Of a stretch of 64,000 bases of DNA, positions 63,684 to 64,000 are shown in pieces (positions within the stretch are counted from its first letter, which is position 1; each line of letters begins with the position of its first letter). The notes beneath the pieces were generated by a model that was given only the letters and a program-made list of their open reading frames with translations, was not told the origin of the DNA and searched no databases. The translations under genes and the position numbers were made by a program. Location of the stretch: assembly GCF_006345805.1 (NCBI RefSeq), contig NC_043001.1, positions 103,044,001-103,108,000 on the forward strand, read 5' to 3'. Origin of the DNA: Octopus sinensis. Its lineage: Eukaryota.

Positions 63684-63685
<2 letters not shown>
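61130..63685 (-). mobile_element. Penelope-like retroelement (RT + GIY-YIG endonuclease, probably Neptune-type), 5'-truncated and frameshifted
   Basis: IKPADKGGAVVVW; RPIVSAC.CPTE.IS; TMDIQSLYTVIPH; GVAMGTRMGP.Y..LFVG; YGRYIDDI; FTCTSSNIIYC..C..C..LYIGQTGRRLADRFAEH; REQELIF.L.S..P..LN. The 5' end abuts (TA)n at 63686. Confidence 0.9.
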
Positions 63686-63734
<49 letters not shown>

Positions 63735-64000
63735 TAATAAAGAAATAAAACATATGCATATATATAAACATATATGTACGTACCTACCTCTACATGTACA
63801 TATACACGCATATATGAGTACAGGACACCAAAGGGACGTCGAACACATAGAGAAACGAAAACATAGACACAAACCAAAGGAACAGGACATTGTTTTAAAA
63901 ACAACAAGAAATGGAGTACACACACGCTCTCATCCTCTCTGCAACACACACACACACACCCACACCCGCTCGTTCTGTTATCAGCTTTTTTCATATCTTG

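Overview
AT-rich, repeat-dense animal genomic DNA. The SINE/LINE repertoire, microsatellite load and C2H2 gene style suggest an octopod cephalopod (inference). Three protein-coding genes can be reconstructed by eye: the last three coding exons of TM7SF3 (+, 1-3779, partial), a C2H2 zinc-finger gene with one coding exon and 12 fingers (-, 18158-19666), and a 17-exon SMYD4-like SET/MYND/TPR methyltransferase (-, 32623-54301, about 751 aa with consistent splice phases). The rest is transposon-derived: RTE-type LINE fragments and many copies of their structured 3' tail, several tRNA-derived SINE families, piggyBac-type (TTAA) and Tc1/mariner-type MITEs, a Chapaev3-like transposase remnant, a hAT remnant, a non-autonomous Helitron, an RLE-type non-LTR remnant and a frameshifted Penelope-like element (RT + GIY-YIG). 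The most notable unexplained signal is a set of mutually unrelated, non-coding 0.1-0.7 kb cassettes sitting in (TA)n microsatellites. They carry type I hammerhead ribozyme folds: two near-canonical (1250-1320, 29097-29159) and three degenerate. One lies in a 496-bp partial tandem unit and others have fold-back inversions, so they may be Penelope-dependent retrozyme-like elements. Most short ORFs in the track are repeat or microsatellite artefacts.
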